From: Eledone cirrhosa
Lineage: Eukaryota
DNA length: 64,000 nt
Reading direction: 5' to 3'
Assembly (NCBI GenBank): GCA_964016885.1
Contig: OZ024743.1
Span: 147,002,001-147,066,000 of the forward strand
Positions 14,632-28,626 of the stretch are shown here, in pieces. The translations under genes and the position numbers were made by a program. A model generated the notes under the pieces. It was not told the origin of the DNA and made no database searches. It saw nothing but the letters and a program-made list of their open reading frames with translations. How positions within the stretch are numbered: position 1 is the first letter of the stretch; each line of letters starts with the position of its first letter.

Positions 14632-15787
14632 ATATATATGGATATATATATACAGTGTGTCTTCTTATTAGGTACCCTCCCCCAACAAAACAGGTCTGTG
14701 GTGCCTGTATATTATTACTTTTCTATGACTACGTTTCATGCCAAGTAGAACAATTTTAGATGGATGTGATTCAAGTATCAATTACAACTATACTCCAAAT
14801 AGTTAGATTTTCATTCATTTTGCTTATTCTCAGTGTGTTTGTATAGTTCTAGAAATTCAGAGATTTTCAGATTTTGGGAGTAAGAATTTAAAAACTCTAA
14901 ATATTTAAATATTTGTAAAATATTAGAAATTTTCTGTTGGTGAAAATTATAGTCATTCTTAACTGCTGCCAATGGTTCAGTGAACAACCAAGCAGACATC
15001 TATCTGAAGTAGAAAGTTATTCATGGTAGAAAACAGTAATACCGATTACACCCTACAACAATTCTTTGCATATATGTAAAAGAAAGGATAAAGAAAAATT
15101 AAAAAGTAAAAATAATTTAAAAAATTGAATAGAATTCTTGGTACACCAATATATTTAGTAAATATATTAATTCCCTCATGTCTTATTTTGCCAACTCTAA
15201 TATCTTTGCTAAATGAACAAACTTCAAATCGGTTCTAAAAATTGTCTATTATCTATCTTAATATTGACTGCTCTGCTTGCTTCTGTCATAGTCTTGTTGT
15301 TCTTCTGTTGGTAGCAACCAGGAAGTCGCTGATGAGAGAAATGAAAAATAGAATAAGAGCAAGGAGCAGAAATAAATAAAATGTCTTCAGAACTGTAAGA
15401 AACAAGAGAAAGAAGGAGGGAATGATAGAGATACAGAGAAGAAAGAGAGAAGGAAAGAGCAAACAAGGGAGAGGGAGATTTTTGCAATGCTAAAGTTAGT
15501 GATTTTTTTTCACTTCAATCTATGTTCTGAATCTATTTGTGATGAAAATTGTAGTCTTTCCGTCATTTTAAGTACACTATAGGATTGATATTAATTTGAA
15601 GAATGAGGATGTGAATTTCTCACTCCCCACTCTTTGACCCTTCTTTCTCTCACACTCTATAAGTCATGTATAGCATGAATACAAATTTAAAACACTGATG
15701 ATTTCTCAAAATGCAAGATAAAAACAAAATGAAAACACAGCCATTGAGCAGCTTTAAGATAGATGCACGCACACACATGCACACAAC

Positions 15788-15824
<37 letters not shown>

Positions 15825-16393
15825 CGTGACTAAAACCAAATATACATGTATGCATAAAATGCATTATACACACACATACTCAAACTATTTTGACTTTATT
15901 AATAATAAAGGCCTTCACTATATTTAATATTATCCAATGAAGTGACATGACGTTTTTCTTTAGTTTCTATGTAGTAGGATTAAATTTCACATGCTTTCAT
16001 CGTTGGTTGAATAAAATCTGAATGCACCTGATATTTTATGAAGTTTATTGATAAGAATTATGAAACTTATTGGTGAGACTTACTTAAACAACAGATTTTC
16101 TTATCTGAGAGGAAAAACATTTACAAATCTTGAAATATTTCTTGAAGAAGAGTCTAATCAATCTTAAAATTGCGATACATTTTTGACACAAGATACTTTC
16201 TGGAATTAAATAAAACTGACCTAAACTAGTAACTTCTTATAAGTTACCAAACCACTCAATATTCCCAATGACATAGCTAGAGTGTGTTCCGCCCAGGGAA
16301 GCCCTTCAGTTTGTCGTCCTGTTCCCCCACAAAAAATCCATATTGCTCAATGACTCGCTCTTAAAGATATATATATATATATATACATACATA

Positions 16394-18674
16394 CAGTGGC
16401 GTAGCTAGGGTAAACGGCGCCCAGTGCAAGCATCAAAATTGCCCCCCCCCCCCCCCCATCCCCCATCAAAAAGTCAAGACCCACAAAGACGAAATTGCGG
16501 TAGAATTTATAATAAAAAAAAACAAAAAACGGTTACAACTTGATTTTTCGGGCTTTTAATGAGGCAAACTGGTTGATAATTTCCTCGAAATCAGTTCATT
16601 CAAACTCTTTGATTGATACACTCAAAAGGGCGAGGTCAGTCAGCCGTTGTTGGCCCATTGAGGTTCGCAAATACGAATAAATTAGCTTCAGCTTGCTGAA
16701 CGACTCTCGTAACTGGCAATTGAATAGAAATCGTCAACATTATTTGAATTCTGATTCGCAAATTGGGAAAAACACATTCATCGCTGTATTGTATGATGAA
16801 TTGGAGAAGTGCCTCCGGCTTTAAAATTGGATCAGCTGTCCTAGTAGCCAGCAAAGATCGACAGTCCAAGATTTCCTCATATAATTGCTCTTCGTCGATG
16901 TCGGAGTTGTATAGTTCCGCAAGACTGTTGCACCTTTGTTTAAGGATAAGGTTATCAGGAGCAACCAAATAAAACAGATAGTTGACATCAAGAAGAAAGC
17001 CAAAACTTGAGTCGGTTTCCTTAAGTCGAATAAACCGTTCTTCCATTTCTGTTTGAAAACGATTGAGTGAACTTTGCATTGCTCTCTCTATCTCTTTTCT
17101 AGCAGCCACCTCGACGTCCTCGGTAATTTCGGTATTGGTTTGTCGTCTTCCTCGCCTCCTCGGAAAATCGACATTCCATTTCTGGCAGAGGTAGAAGCCC
17201 ATTTCAAGAGACTCGTGGATTAAGGATGTTCCTTCTTCTTTAAAATAAAGTTGAAGGGCTCCTATATCAGCTGCAGCATCGTGAAAATTCATTCTTGGAT
17301 CTTGAAGTCTCTTTTGAATACGGTCAATTTGTGAGAGAATCGTGTTCCAGAATCCAATCAAGTTCAGGAATTCATAACTCAGTATCCGATTATGGAGATT
17401 ACTGGCATCACTTCTAATCTCGCATGTCTCTGTTTCATCACACTAATTTTTTCGAGAACTTGAACAATCAGTCAAACAATTCGCCACCGGTCTAACTGCG
17501 GTACATCTAGCACCCCACCGCGTGTCGGAAGGATATTTAACAACCACTGGAGCAACTCCTTTAAGGGCTTCCCATCGTCGTGTTGAACGAGAAAAAAAGT
17601 TGTATAACGAGTGAATGCAACTGAAAAAGTTCATCATAGCAGAATCGTTTTTGGCTGCATGAAGACCAGCCAGATTAAGTGAATGGTTATCGCAATTAGC
17701 GAAGTGAATCAAATTATTCTTCTCTCTCATTCTCTGCTGAACCCCACTGCGGTGCCCAGCCATTATGGCAGCATTGTCATAGCACTGCGATCGACAGTTC
17801 TGCAGTGGTAGGTCATCTTTTTCTAGCTCTTTCACGATTGTTTCAACAAGGCTTGCGACATCTTTTTTGATTACTTGAATGAATCCAAGAAAAGATTCTC
17901 TCACAACGACCGTCTTCATATTGAAATCAACATCAACATATCGCACAACTTTTGACAGTTGTTCTCGGTGCACCTGGTCAGGGGTCGAATCAATCAGCAG
18001 ACCATAGTATCTTGCTTTTTGGATACGATTTAGTAAATTCTGACGAACTGAATTATAGAAGAAAACATTGAACCACCCAAACTGGAGTCAAATTTAATTC
18101 CTAATAGAAGCTATCCGATCCTATCTGGCCATTTGGATTATGACACCTTTTCTATACGTCTTATGTACCAGTTGTAAAAGACAAACAACTCTGTTTTGTA
18201 AACCAGCTTCATAATTAGAGTGATCTTGTATTGGTCATTGCAATGCATTGCTAAAAATAGCGCCTGCGTGTCCACCAGTTGCACGTCCAAAACTACGTCC
18301 CTTCAGTCAATGTGTTTGTGGGGGGGGGGGGGGGGCACAAGTGAGGTATCCGCTGTTTTGCAATGTAAAGCTAAAAATAGCGCCCGCATAGTTGCAACCC
18401 ACCCTGCTGTCAATGTGGAGGGCGGGGGCGGGGGGGGGGGGGGGGGGGGGGGGGCGTTTTTGTGAAGTCAAATCAGACATCTGCTCTGTCTAGTGCACTA
18501 GACATGGCGTGGAAATCGGGTATCAAGAAATCACATGCTTCATTTTTGGCTTATATTTAAAAAAATGATAAAAACGACATGGATGTAAATCGATCTAGGT
18601 CGAAATTGCGCCCCCCCCTTAAATATGGTGCCCGTGGCATGTGCCCTGCTTGCCTCACCCTAGCTACGCCACGA
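16394..18674 (-). mobile_element. hAT DNA transposon with TIRs and a broken transposase (16570-18050)
   Basis: TIR gtggcgtagctagggt / accctagctacgccac. DSTPD..HREQLS.VVRYV, QCYDNAA.MAG..SGVQ, C.NHSLNL, TRW and FPNL..LT are hAT motifs. Frameshifted. Confidence 0.92.
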
Positions 18675-18710
18675 ACTGGATTATAATAAGCAATTTTCTG
18701 CTTCCCTAAC

Positions 18711-18746
<36 letters not shown>

Positions 18747-18820
18747 TTAGGATTGGTGCTCTGAAACATACATTCATATATATATATATATATATATATT
18801 GGTGCTCTATACATACATTC

Positions 18821-18852
<32 letters not shown>

Positions 18853-18873
18853 TGGTGCTCTATACATACATTC

Positions 18874-18906
<33 letters not shown>

Positions 18907-19557
18907 AACTAGTCTGTGTACAATTATAATAACCTGTATTATGCTGCAGCATTAAAAGAACACTTATAATCTACAGCAGACTCAAAAGTGTTGCCTGGGA
19001 TGTGCCACTCTGGTCACTCCCATTTAGCTGCGCTACTAAATGTTCCTTAATGAAAGGAAAAAAATACTATGTCTCTCTGGTCAGAGATTTAGAAGCCATA
19101 TTTAGGTTGTTCTTTATTGATGAGGTTTAGTAGTAACAGTTGGCAAATTGGATGAATTGTTAAAATATTTGACAAAATACCTTGCAGTATTTACTCCAGC
19201 TCTTTGTGTTTTGTGTTCAAATGTGGTGTGGCTTACAAGGGTGATAGACTTAATTCCTCGCATAGTTTAAGACCATCTTGGCTACCTTTTGCAGAGCCCT
19301 CTCTGTTGCAAGCATTCATGATAGCTTTCCTATTTGAGAATACCTTTCTACCTTCTTAGCAGTCTCAGATTCCTGTAAAAGGTCTATGGCTTAACAAACA
19401 AAAAAAAAAAAAAAAAAGAGAGAAGAAAAAATGAAATATTCCTGGGGTTGTGAATGATCAGAGTCTCTTTCCACTACATCCCATTGATAATTAATTTGAA
19501 TGAATGGACATTTCTTTAATGATAGCTCTCATCACAGAAATTGTAATTTCAATTAAT

Positions 19558-19737
19558 TGTTTCTACTTTAGGCACAAGGCCAGCAATTACCCAGTGCATT
19601 ACTGGTACTTTATTTTATCGACCCCGTAAGGATGAAAGGCAAAGTCAACCTCGGCGGGATTTGAACTCAGATCGTAAAGGGACGTAACTATGTTGAAAAG
19701 CATGGCTTCCGACCCTCTACTGATACTGCCAATCCAA
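19558..19737 (-). mobile_element. SINE family 1
   Basis: Reverse complement of 30461-30650. Confidence 0.85.
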
Positions 19738-20001
19738 TGACAGTTTATCAGTTTAGTACATGAGCTATGGTAACACTCAATATACTAGAAACTAGCCAAC
19801 ATGCCAGTTGTCAATCTTATATAAAATATATAAAAAGTAAATAGACAATTTAAAAAAATCAAGTATTGTGGCTTTTCAAGAGTTAATTCTAGACATGGAT
19901 TAAGTAGTATTTTTTTGCAAGGTTATATTCAACTAAATGACTCCAACATGGTTCTAAGTAAGACCAGATGTTTACATATATTTCCAAGTATTCTACCAAC
20001 T

Positions 20002-20035
<34 letters not shown>

Positions 20036-20173
20036 GTTGCTGCTGTTGCTGCACACAAGCCCGAACTCAGTGTCACACATACACGTTTGCATACAATTAC
20101 ATATTTGCAAACTAACATATCCACACATTGAGATAACATCTGATGTGAAAATATGCATGCACAAAAACACACA

Positions 20174-20205
<32 letters not shown>

Positions 20206-20518
20206 GCTACACATGTACACTTATAAAAACACACCAGCAGACATACACTCACTCACTCACAAAACCGCATACATGAACACTATGAAATTTGATGAGTACA
20301 TTCATACACAAATGTGAAGTCAGCTACACATACGCAAACACTCATTAGTATATTTACTATACGCAGCCACTATGTTTAAACTTGCAAGATACCTGTAGGA
20401 AGGGAGAAAAGTAAAAGGACAGTAAAATACTATTACTTTGACAATTCCAAACTATGAAAGATATATACTATGTATATATAAATATATATATATATATAAA
20501 TATATATATATTATATAT

Positions 20519-20551
<33 letters not shown>

Positions 20552-20601
20552 AATATATATATATTATATATATATATATAAATATATATATATTATATAT
20601 A

Positions 20602-22397
20602 TTGGTGCAGTAGCATCATTGTCAACTGCTACAAAGGTAAAGGCGATGCACTAGATAGAGGAAACTATAGAGGTATAAAGTTGATGGACCAGGTCATGAA
20701 AGTAACAGAAAGAGTTATAGCACAGCTGATTAGGGACCGGGTGAATATAGACGAGATGCAATTTGGGTTTGTACCAGGGAGAGGCACCACTGATGCCCTC
20801 TTCCTTGTGAGGCAATTACAGGAAAAGTACCTAGCTAAAAGTAAGCCACTCTACTTGGCATTTGTCGACCTTGAGAAAGCCTTTGACAGAGTTCCACGTG
20901 CAGTAATCTGGTGGGCTCTTAGAAAACTAGGAGTAGATGAATGGCTTGTGAAAGCGGTACAAGCCATGTATAGGGGAGCAGTCAGCAAAGTTAGGATTAG
21001 CAATGAGTATAGCGAGGAATTTAGCGTACAGGTTGGGGTCCACCAGGGCTCTGTTCTTAGCCCTCTCCTGTTCATCATAGTCCTGCAGGCAATAACGGAG
21101 GAGTTTAAGACCGGATGCCCATGGGAACTCCTGTATGCTGATGACCTCGCACTCATAGCTGAATCTATGGTAGAACTAGAGAATAAATTCCAAACCTGGA
21201 AGCAGGGACTAGAGAGAAAGGGCCTCAAAGTCAACATGACAAAGACTAAGGTCCTTGTAAGTAGACGAGAAAACAGAACCCAGATCCCCTCAGGGAAATG
21301 GCCTTGCTCAGTATGTAGGAAAGGTGTAGGTAGGAACTCCATTCTCTGCCCCAAATGCAAACAATGGGTACACAAGAGATGTAGCGGGATCTCAGGAAGC
21401 TTAATTAAGAATGTAGGATTCACATGCAGCAGCTGTGCTGAAACAGCAAGCAAACAGCCACAGGAAACAAGTACCACCAATCTCTGGGAGGGCCCTGTAG
21501 AAACAGTAGACAGCTTCTGCTACCTAGGTGACCGAATTAGCAACGGAGGTGGGTGCTCAGAAAGTACAATAACTAGGGTAAGAACGGGATGGAAGAAGTT
21601 TAGGGAACTACTACCACTGCTAGCTGCAAAAGGCTTCTCCCTCAGAATGAAAGGCAGACTGTATGATGCGTGTATCCAAACAGCGATGTTGCATGGTAGT
21701 GAGACCTGGGCGCTGAAGGTGGAAGACTTACGTAGATTAGAGAGAAACGAAGCCTGCATGCTCCGATGGATGTGTAACAGTAATATACGTGAACGACAAA
21801 GCATAAAGGAATTGAGAGAGAGACTGAGCATAAGAGGAATCAAATGCTGCGTGCAGGAGAGGCGGTTACGCTGGTATGGACATGTGATGCGTATGAAGGA
21901 TGACAGCTGCATAAAAAGGTGCAGAGCACTAGAAGTTGATGGAAACCGCGGAGTGGGGAGACCCAAGATGACTTGGGATGAGGTGATAAAAGCCGACCTT
22001 ACCCAACTACACCTCTCAAAGACAATGACACACGACCGTGACTTCTGGCGTCACGCAGTAATACAGGGTACCCGACCTCCCATGGGTACATGCTGAAGCA
22101 TATAAACAATATGCCCCCACTCCCCCCACCGCAAGGTGGTCGTGGAGGTGCCACGGCAAAAAAGCACCCAGCCCACACTGTAAAGTGGACGTGTAGGCGC
22201 CACGAAAAAGCACCCAGCACTCACTGTAAATGAGGTTGGTGTTAGGAAGGGCATCCAGCTGTAGAAATCAAGCCAGATCAGTTCCTGTATGAGCAAGGCA
22301 TGGTCAGCCGACCAGACACTACCCACAACAGGACAACCCGTCTAACCCATGCTAGCGTGGAAGAACGGACGTAAAACGATGATGATGATGATGATGA
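20602..22397 (+). mobile_element. 5'-truncated RTE-clade LINE with 3' UTR and (GAT)n tail
   Basis: RT ORF followed by a UTR shared with SINE tails and a gatgat tail, inserted in TA tracts. Confidence 0.95.
20603..22096 (+). CDS. RTE reverse transcriptase C-terminal part, uninterrupted, with internal Cys-rich insert
   Basis: NYRGIKL, QFGF.PGR.TTDA, FVDLEKAFD, GVHQGSVLSPLLF, YADD, LRWYGHV.R, GRP..TW. Confidence 0.93.
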   Translation, partial: WCSSIIVNCYKGKGDALDRGNYRGIKLMDQVMKVTERVIAQLIRDRVNIDEMQFGFVPGRGTTDALFLVRQLQEKYLAKSKPLYLAFVDLEKAFDRVPRAVIWWALRKLGVDEWLVKAVQAMYRGAVSKVRISNEYSEEFSVQVGVHQGSVLSPLLFIIVLQAITEEFKTGCPWELLYADDLALIAESMVELENKFQTWKQGLERKGLKVNMTKTKVLVSRRENRTQIPSGKWPCSVCRKGVGRNSILCPKCKQWVHKRCSGISGSLIKNVGFTCSSCAETASKQPQETSTTNLWEGPVETVDSFCYLGDRISNGGGCSESTITRVRTGWKKFRELLPLLAAKGFSLRMKGRLYDACIQTAMLHGSETWALKVEDLRRLERNEACMLRWMCNSNIRERQSIKELRERLSIRGIKCCVQERRLRWYGHVMRMKDDSCIKRCRALEVDGNRGVGRPKMTWDEVIKADLTQLHLSKTMTHDRDFWRHAVIQGTRPPMGTC

Positions 22398-22400
22398 TAT

Positions 22401-22471
<71 letters not shown>

Positions 22472-22477
<6 letters not shown>

Positions 22478-22698
22478 TGTAATAAACAACATAAGACAAT
22501 TATTCCATTTACCAGAGGTTTCACGAAGACAGACGAGCTCAATAGAGACGTCTGAAATCGCTCATCAGAATGAAAATTTAATGAGAGTTTAAATTTTCAT
22601 TCTGATGAGCGATTTCAGACGTCTCTGTTGAGCTCGTCTGTCTTCGTGAAACCTCTGGTAAATGGAATAATTGTCTTATGTTGTTTATTACATAATTA
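22472..22698. repeat. Fold-back pLTR-like inverted repeat carrying a hammerhead on each strand (+22596-22666, -22504-22574)
   Basis: Stem I ttcatt/aatgga; ctgatga; long stem II; gaaa; cc tct gg; GUA site. Confidence 0.85.
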
Positions 22699-23724
22699 AA
22701 TAGCTCTGTAGCATACATAGAGCACTCTCCTTTCCTTTACCCTTCCTACGGAAATACTTCATATATATATATTTATATTTATATATTTAAATACTTCATA
22801 TATATATATTTATATATATATAAAAACTTAAGAAAATTAACAAAAAGAGGACAAGAAAACGAACAGAAACAAAACAAAATGAAAAACAATTTTTTAAGGG
22901 GAACCTTAAAAAATTATTTAAAAAAAAATACAAATAACGGACACAGAATGACATGGTCATCATGGTCATCAGCCGTTGAGATGAACTTTGGCAGTTTCAA
23001 CCCCTACCAACACTACTGCTGTTCCACCAGGGCTACAGTATCTGACATAAGCCAAATGCTGTTCAGTGGAATAAGAGATGAGAAACAAAACACATAGCAA
23101 TTTAGCTAAATACACATAAAATGGTTTGTGCTATGTCAGGGAAAATGTCTGGTGCCTCATATAGCACAAGAGACATGAATGAAACTAAGAAAAAGAGGAA
23201 GGAAAAATAAAGGAAGAAACAGCAATATATATATATGTATACATCCATGTGATGTTGCTGGACATGATAATGAGAACTCAATACCAAAGTGTGAGTTTAA
23301 TAATATTCTTTATTATGGATAAGTGATTAGCCTTGTTACTCTGTGGTTTCATATGTGTACTCATAGGATCCTCAGATAAGAATTGTGAAACTCCAGCACC
23401 AATAAAATTATAGGAACAGCTTTCCTTTCAAATATGTTATATTGAAACCACAACTGTACTCCAGTTTCATCATTTTCATTAGGGACTTCTTTTATTAATT
23501 TCTTTTATTAATTTTCTATTCTTTGTTAGGAACAATAACATTCCTAAGTCCATGTATATATTAATGCCTTGAGGCCTTCAGAATGAGAATAGTCATGCTA
23601 GTGGTATATTGATCATATGCTTAGTAGTGGTCATAAAGTATCATGGAGTAGTAGGAAATCATGGACGCCTGATTTCTCTATAGTTGAAGCATAGAAGTTA
23701 TAATTATTTTACATCAGTCTCAAC

Positions 23725-23972
23725 AAAAGGCACCCAGTTCACACTGTAAAGTGGTCGTATAAGCGTCATGATAAAAAACATCCTGGTACTCACTGTAAAT
23801 GAGGTTGGCATTAGGAAGGGCATCCAGGCATAGAAACCTAGATCAAAACAGTTCTGCATGAGCAAGACATGATCACCTGACCTAGCATTGCCCATAACAG
23901 GACAACTTGCCTAACCCAGGCTAGTGTGGAAAATAGACGTAACAAAGTGATGATGATGATGATGATGATGAT
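23725..23972 (+). mobile_element. RTE 3' UTR-derived fragment
   Basis: Similar to 22160-22397, with a (GAT)n tail. Confidence 0.75.
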
Positions 23973-24449
23973 TTTCATATATGTGGTGTCTGTGTTAATT
24001 TTTGTTTTATATATTGATATTCATAAAGCCTTCATAGTTATTCATCTTGTTTTGTGTTGAATTCTGTAAAATTATAGTATTATAGAGTAATATAGTTTTA
24101 CCTAATGTCGTCTGCATGTACAGTATGATAGTTGGCTGTGATGGCTTCTTATTGTAGGTTAACAGATGCCAAAGTGTCATGCTTGTGTGACTGATGTAAA
24201 AGGTTTGGTCAAAAGTTCACAACTTTCATGTTTTCATTGAAAGTTAAATATCACAACCTGAAAATTGTTTTCTAAAGTAGAAATTTAATACTGCTTTAAA
24301 TTATAATGACTCAGTACATCTTTAAAACTTCAAACACTGAAGTTCATTAAAATCTTGCAAAAATCAGGATGCATATTATTATCCTACACATTCAATAGAT
24401 CTTCCTAATCATCAAGGGGATGATATCATTGTACATATTTTCATCATTG

Positions 24450-24760
24450 TTGTCTGTAATTATAGGTTACACACCATCTATTGCTGTATCATCCCAATCA
24501 TCCAATGGATATTTGTTTTCTGTGCCATCCAATGTATTGCAAATACTCAATTTCTTCAATGATTTCTTAATGTTACCTTTTTAACCATAATGTCTCATGA
24601 ACCATGAGAATGAATCATCCAGCACTTGCATGGAAATCAATTTTTTAAAATCCTTTTATGCATACAATTAGATGGCTTGATGAGTTACATATTTTTGATA
24701 TTGATGAATGACTATGTACCACTTGGCAACTTTCTTTTCCAAATATGGCCACTTACAAGA
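24450..24760 (-). pseudogene. Degenerate pogo/Tigger-like transposase C-terminus
   Basis: SLKKLSICNTLDGTE resembles the pogo SFKKCGISN.LDG.ED motif. Confidence 0.4.
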
Positions 24761-25865
24761 CTGACTTTTGCTAGCACATACATCGTGTCACACTGTCTGA
24801 AGTTTATTTAATATCTTTCTCCAATTTCTCATAAGTTTCTCTGAAAGTCCCAAATTCTCTTCTTGCTATACAGTTATTTTTGTTCTTGGTAACATCAATA
24901 ACTTTAAGTTGTATATGGTTTTTCGGGGTGGAATTTACTCACAAAATGTCAAAATAATTTATAGCCTATACTACACAACTACATCATACTAGTGCTATGC
25001 AGGATATAAAATCATGTGCTCTACTAAAACCTGACATTGATCTGACTTTTATATAGTTTCCTGCTAGCTGCATCTAATACTGGGTAATTGGTGACCTTGT
25101 GCCAAAAGTAGAAACAGTTATATGGGTACATATGACATCATTGCATTGAGAAGTATTGCATTAGTTTGCTTACCTGACAATACCAGCATAATCATCTCTT
25201 TTGTATACTACTTTCAGTTTCTTTTATACTCAGCTTTTCTTTTAGTTCTGTCATTCATGTACACAGACATTACATATCCAGCAAAGTGCGCACATCTCAT
25301 TTCTTTTTAACCTCCAAAAATATTCTGCATTCAAGGTACATGTCTAATTGTGATGCAGTTTTGCAGTTTGAACACATGCATCATAAAATCTGCACATCAT
25401 TCTGAGAGAGAAGCCTTTTGTTACCTGCAAAGGTAAGAAATCCCTTAACTTCTTCCATCCTGTTCTCAATCTGGTTTTAATACTTTTAGTATATCCAGCT
25501 TCAGTATTAATGTCATCTTCCCGTCAGCCTTCTTAAGTACACTTACTGTCAACTACTACTATAAAACTAGTAGACACAATGACTATCATTCTTGTCAGCC
25601 TACTTATGATTCCACTACATCTCTCTTGTGTATCCACTAGGTATATTATATTGAACTCCTACTTACTATATATATATATATATATATATAGTGTATGTAT
25701 ATATATATATATATATATCATCATTTTCATCATTTCATTTTACGTCCACTTTTCCCTGCTTGCAAGGGTGGGACGGGAACTGATTCTGGCTTGATTTCTA
25801 CAGCTGGATGCCCTTCCTAACACCAACCCCATTTATATATATATATATAGTATATATATATATAA

Positions 25866-26205
25866 GTGGAGGCACATGGCTTAGTGGTTAGAGCATTGGC
25901 CTTGCAATCGAAAGGTTGTGAGTTCAATTCTCAGACCGGGTGATGTGTTGTTTCCTTGAGCAAGACACTTTATTTCACATTGCTCCAGTTTACTCAGCTG
26001 TAGAAATGAGATGACAGGGACTGGGGTCCTTATCATTCCATTGCAAAGTGGAGGTGCCACGGCAAAAAAGCACCCAGCACTCACTGTAAATGAGGTTGGT
26101 GTGAGGAAGGGCATCCAGCTGTAGAAATCAAGCCAGCATCAGTTCCCGTCCCACCCTTGCAAGCAGGGAAAAAGCGGACGTAAAATGAAATGATGAAAAT
26201 GAAAT
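25866..26205 (+). mobile_element. tRNA-derived SINE family 2 with RTE-derived 3' tail
   Basis: A box tggcttagtgg, B box gagttcaattc, core ccttgagcaagacac. The tail matches the RTE 3' UTR at 22143-22270. Confidence 0.88.
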
Positions 26206-26444
26206 GATATATATATATATATATATATATGTAAGCTCCCACTACATACTGTAATGTGGTTGGTGTTAGCAAGGTCATCCAGTCATAGAAAACCAAACCC
26301 AAAACAGATCTGTGTGAGCAAGACTTGGCCACCTGGCCTGGATAGCCTCGTAACACGAAAACTTGTCTAACCTATGTAAGGAAAATAGATGTTAAATGAT
26401 ATGATGATGATAATGATGATATATATATATAACTATATATATAT

Positions 26445-26850
26445 TATCATCATCATCATCATCATCCCCACCGTTTTTACGCCCGTTCTTCCACGCTAGC
26501 ATGGGTTAGACGGGTTGTCCTGTTGTGGGCAGTGTCCAGTCGGCTGACCTTGTCTTCTTCATAAGGGAACTGGCTCTGGCTTGATTTCTTCTGCTGGATG
26601 CCCTTCCTAACACCAACCTCATTTACTGTGAGTGCTGGGTGCCTTTTTGCCGTGGCACCTCCATGACCACTTTGCAGTGGAATGATAAGGACCCCAGTCC
26701 TATCATCTCATTTCTACAGCTGAGTAAACTGGAGCAATGTGTAATAAAGTGTCTTGCTCAAGGAAACAACACATCACCTGGTCCGAGAATTGAACTCACA
26801 ACCTTTCGATTGCAAGCCCAATGCTCTAACCACTAAACCATGCGCCTTCA
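26445..26850 (-). mobile_element. tRNA-derived SINE family 2 with RTE-derived 3' tail
   Basis: Inverted copy of the 25866 element. The tail matches 22205-22397. Confidence 0.88.
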
Positions 26851-27757
26851 TATACATATATATATATATATATATATATTCTGTTTAAAGATTGTTTAGA
26901 TTGCTAGTGTGATTTTATGTTATATGAAGCCACTTATATTATGAAGCAGTGTGAAAGTAGTTTCATTAATCAAACAACTGGAAAGCTTCTTCATTGAAAT
27001 CGATGAGAAAGAGCACTCTATTGTGTTTGTATACATTAAAATTACATGCAAAATTGAAAAAAATGATTAGCTAATTTGGGTGAGTAGTAGACCATATCAT
27101 GTCTAACTAATACCATGAAGATTCTGTTTGGAATGAATGAACAGTCAATAAAAATGAAACAACAAGGTGGACAGCAAAATTAGTTTGGTTGCTAAAAATG
27201 GCATTAATTTTTTTTAAACAAATAAATGAAATACCCCTGCATCCAAGGAAAGAGTTAGTTTTCTAATTCAGTAATGGTTATGTAGTAAAGTTCATGAATT
27301 TGCAAATTTTGTCTGTTCCAGGAAAAAGATATTGGTGTTTCAACTTTGATTCTTCACAAAAAAAAGAAAAAACGATCAAACAAAAAACACTAATTTTTTT
27401 TTTTTTTAAAGAGGAGGGGTCAGTCCAGAGAATTTAGATTCTTCTTCAAAGTCATTAATTCATTATTCATTTATTTGGACAATGAGGACTGATAATTTCA
27501 ATATGATAAATACAACAGTGATGTAAATAATGTAACTCCATCTTTTTGTAGCCTAAAATCACTGATGTATTTTCTAGCCTCAGAACATGACAACTCATTA
27601 ACTCATGGAAGACTGAACAATAGACTTTAAATGATGATGATGATAATGATTATGATGATGATGATGATAAGCAACAAAAATAACAATCATTATTGGATGC
27701 ATTTGTGACACACACAATGTTCCACAGAAGCAGGTAATAAAATGCATATATTAATAG

Positions 27758-28626
27758 ATACATTTAAAGTGTACGATAAACACGAAATGTGTTTACATTG
27801 CAACAGACAAAGTTAGCTATTAATGAAATAAACTAATAAAAGTGAATACAATTTGTCTGTCTCGATATAAGTCAATAAAGACAATATTATATTGGCAACA
27901 GCCATGATTCCTGGACATATTTAAATTTCAAAATTCAAACCTGTTCTGTAGACGAATTTGAACCTCGAAACCCAAATAAGTTTCGCAACGGTGGAATGTG
28001 AATTGAAAAATAAAGAGAATCGAAATGGAATAGAAATAAAAGAGTGAAATACCCAAATCTTCTGTGCTTATCAACAGGAATCCAGTAAGATTAGTCTATC
28101 ACACATCAAAAATTTTGCAGGACTGACTACACGTGGGTAGGCAGGCCAAAACTAGCTATCCCACATTCACGGTGCTAGATAATCCTGCATAAGCGGCTGT
28201 TATTTCTAGCACCGTGAATGTGGGATAGCTAGTTTTGGCCTGCCTACCCACGTGTAGTCAGTCCTGCAAAATTTTTGATGTGTGATAGACTAATCTTACT
28301 GGATTCCTGTTGATAAGCACAGAAGATTTGGGTATTTCACTCTTTTATTTCTATTCCATTTCGATTCTCTTTATTTTTCAATTCACGTTCCACCGTTGCG
28401 AAACTTATTTGGGTTTCGAGGTTCAAATTCGTCTACAGAACAGGTTTGAATTTTGAAATTTAAATATGTCCAGGAATCATGGCTGTTGCCAATATAATAT
28501 TGTCTTTATTGACTTATATCGAGACAGACAAATTGTATTCACTTTTATTAGTTTATTTCATTAATAGCTAACTTTGTCTGTTGCAATGTAAACACATTTC
28601 GTGTTTATCGTACACTTTAAATGTAT
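27758..28626. repeat. Near-perfect 422-bp inverted repeat (25-bp spacer) with a large hammerhead in each arm
   Basis: Arms 27758-28179 and 28205-28626. A ~70-bp unique tail follows. Candidate TSD atatattaatagata at 27746 and 28698. Confidence 0.93.
28302..28478 (+). ncRNA. Expanded type I hammerhead, U3-A8 core (mirror copy at -27906-28082)
   Basis: Stem I gattcctg/caggaatc; ttgataa; gca/tgc; gaaa at 28400; long stem III; GUC at 28468-28470. Confidence 0.7.

Noticed and set aside
14811-15335. Short minus-strand ORFs with acceptor-like sites (also 19250-19375 and 54270-54345)
   Set aside because: No recognisable homology, and no consistent exon chain can be built by eye.
18725-18905. Three short repeats attggtgctctatacatacattc separated by TA
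   Set aside because: A microsatellite-associated tandem duplication, not a CRISPR-like array, since there are no unique spacers.
20851-21966. Minus-strand ORFs over the RTE element (and similar ones over Tx1 ORF2)
   Set aside because: Antisense shadows of RT coding sequence.
25866-25940. tRNA-like sequence
   Set aside because: It is a SINE head with no complete cloverleaf, and it continues into the SINE core and LINE tail.
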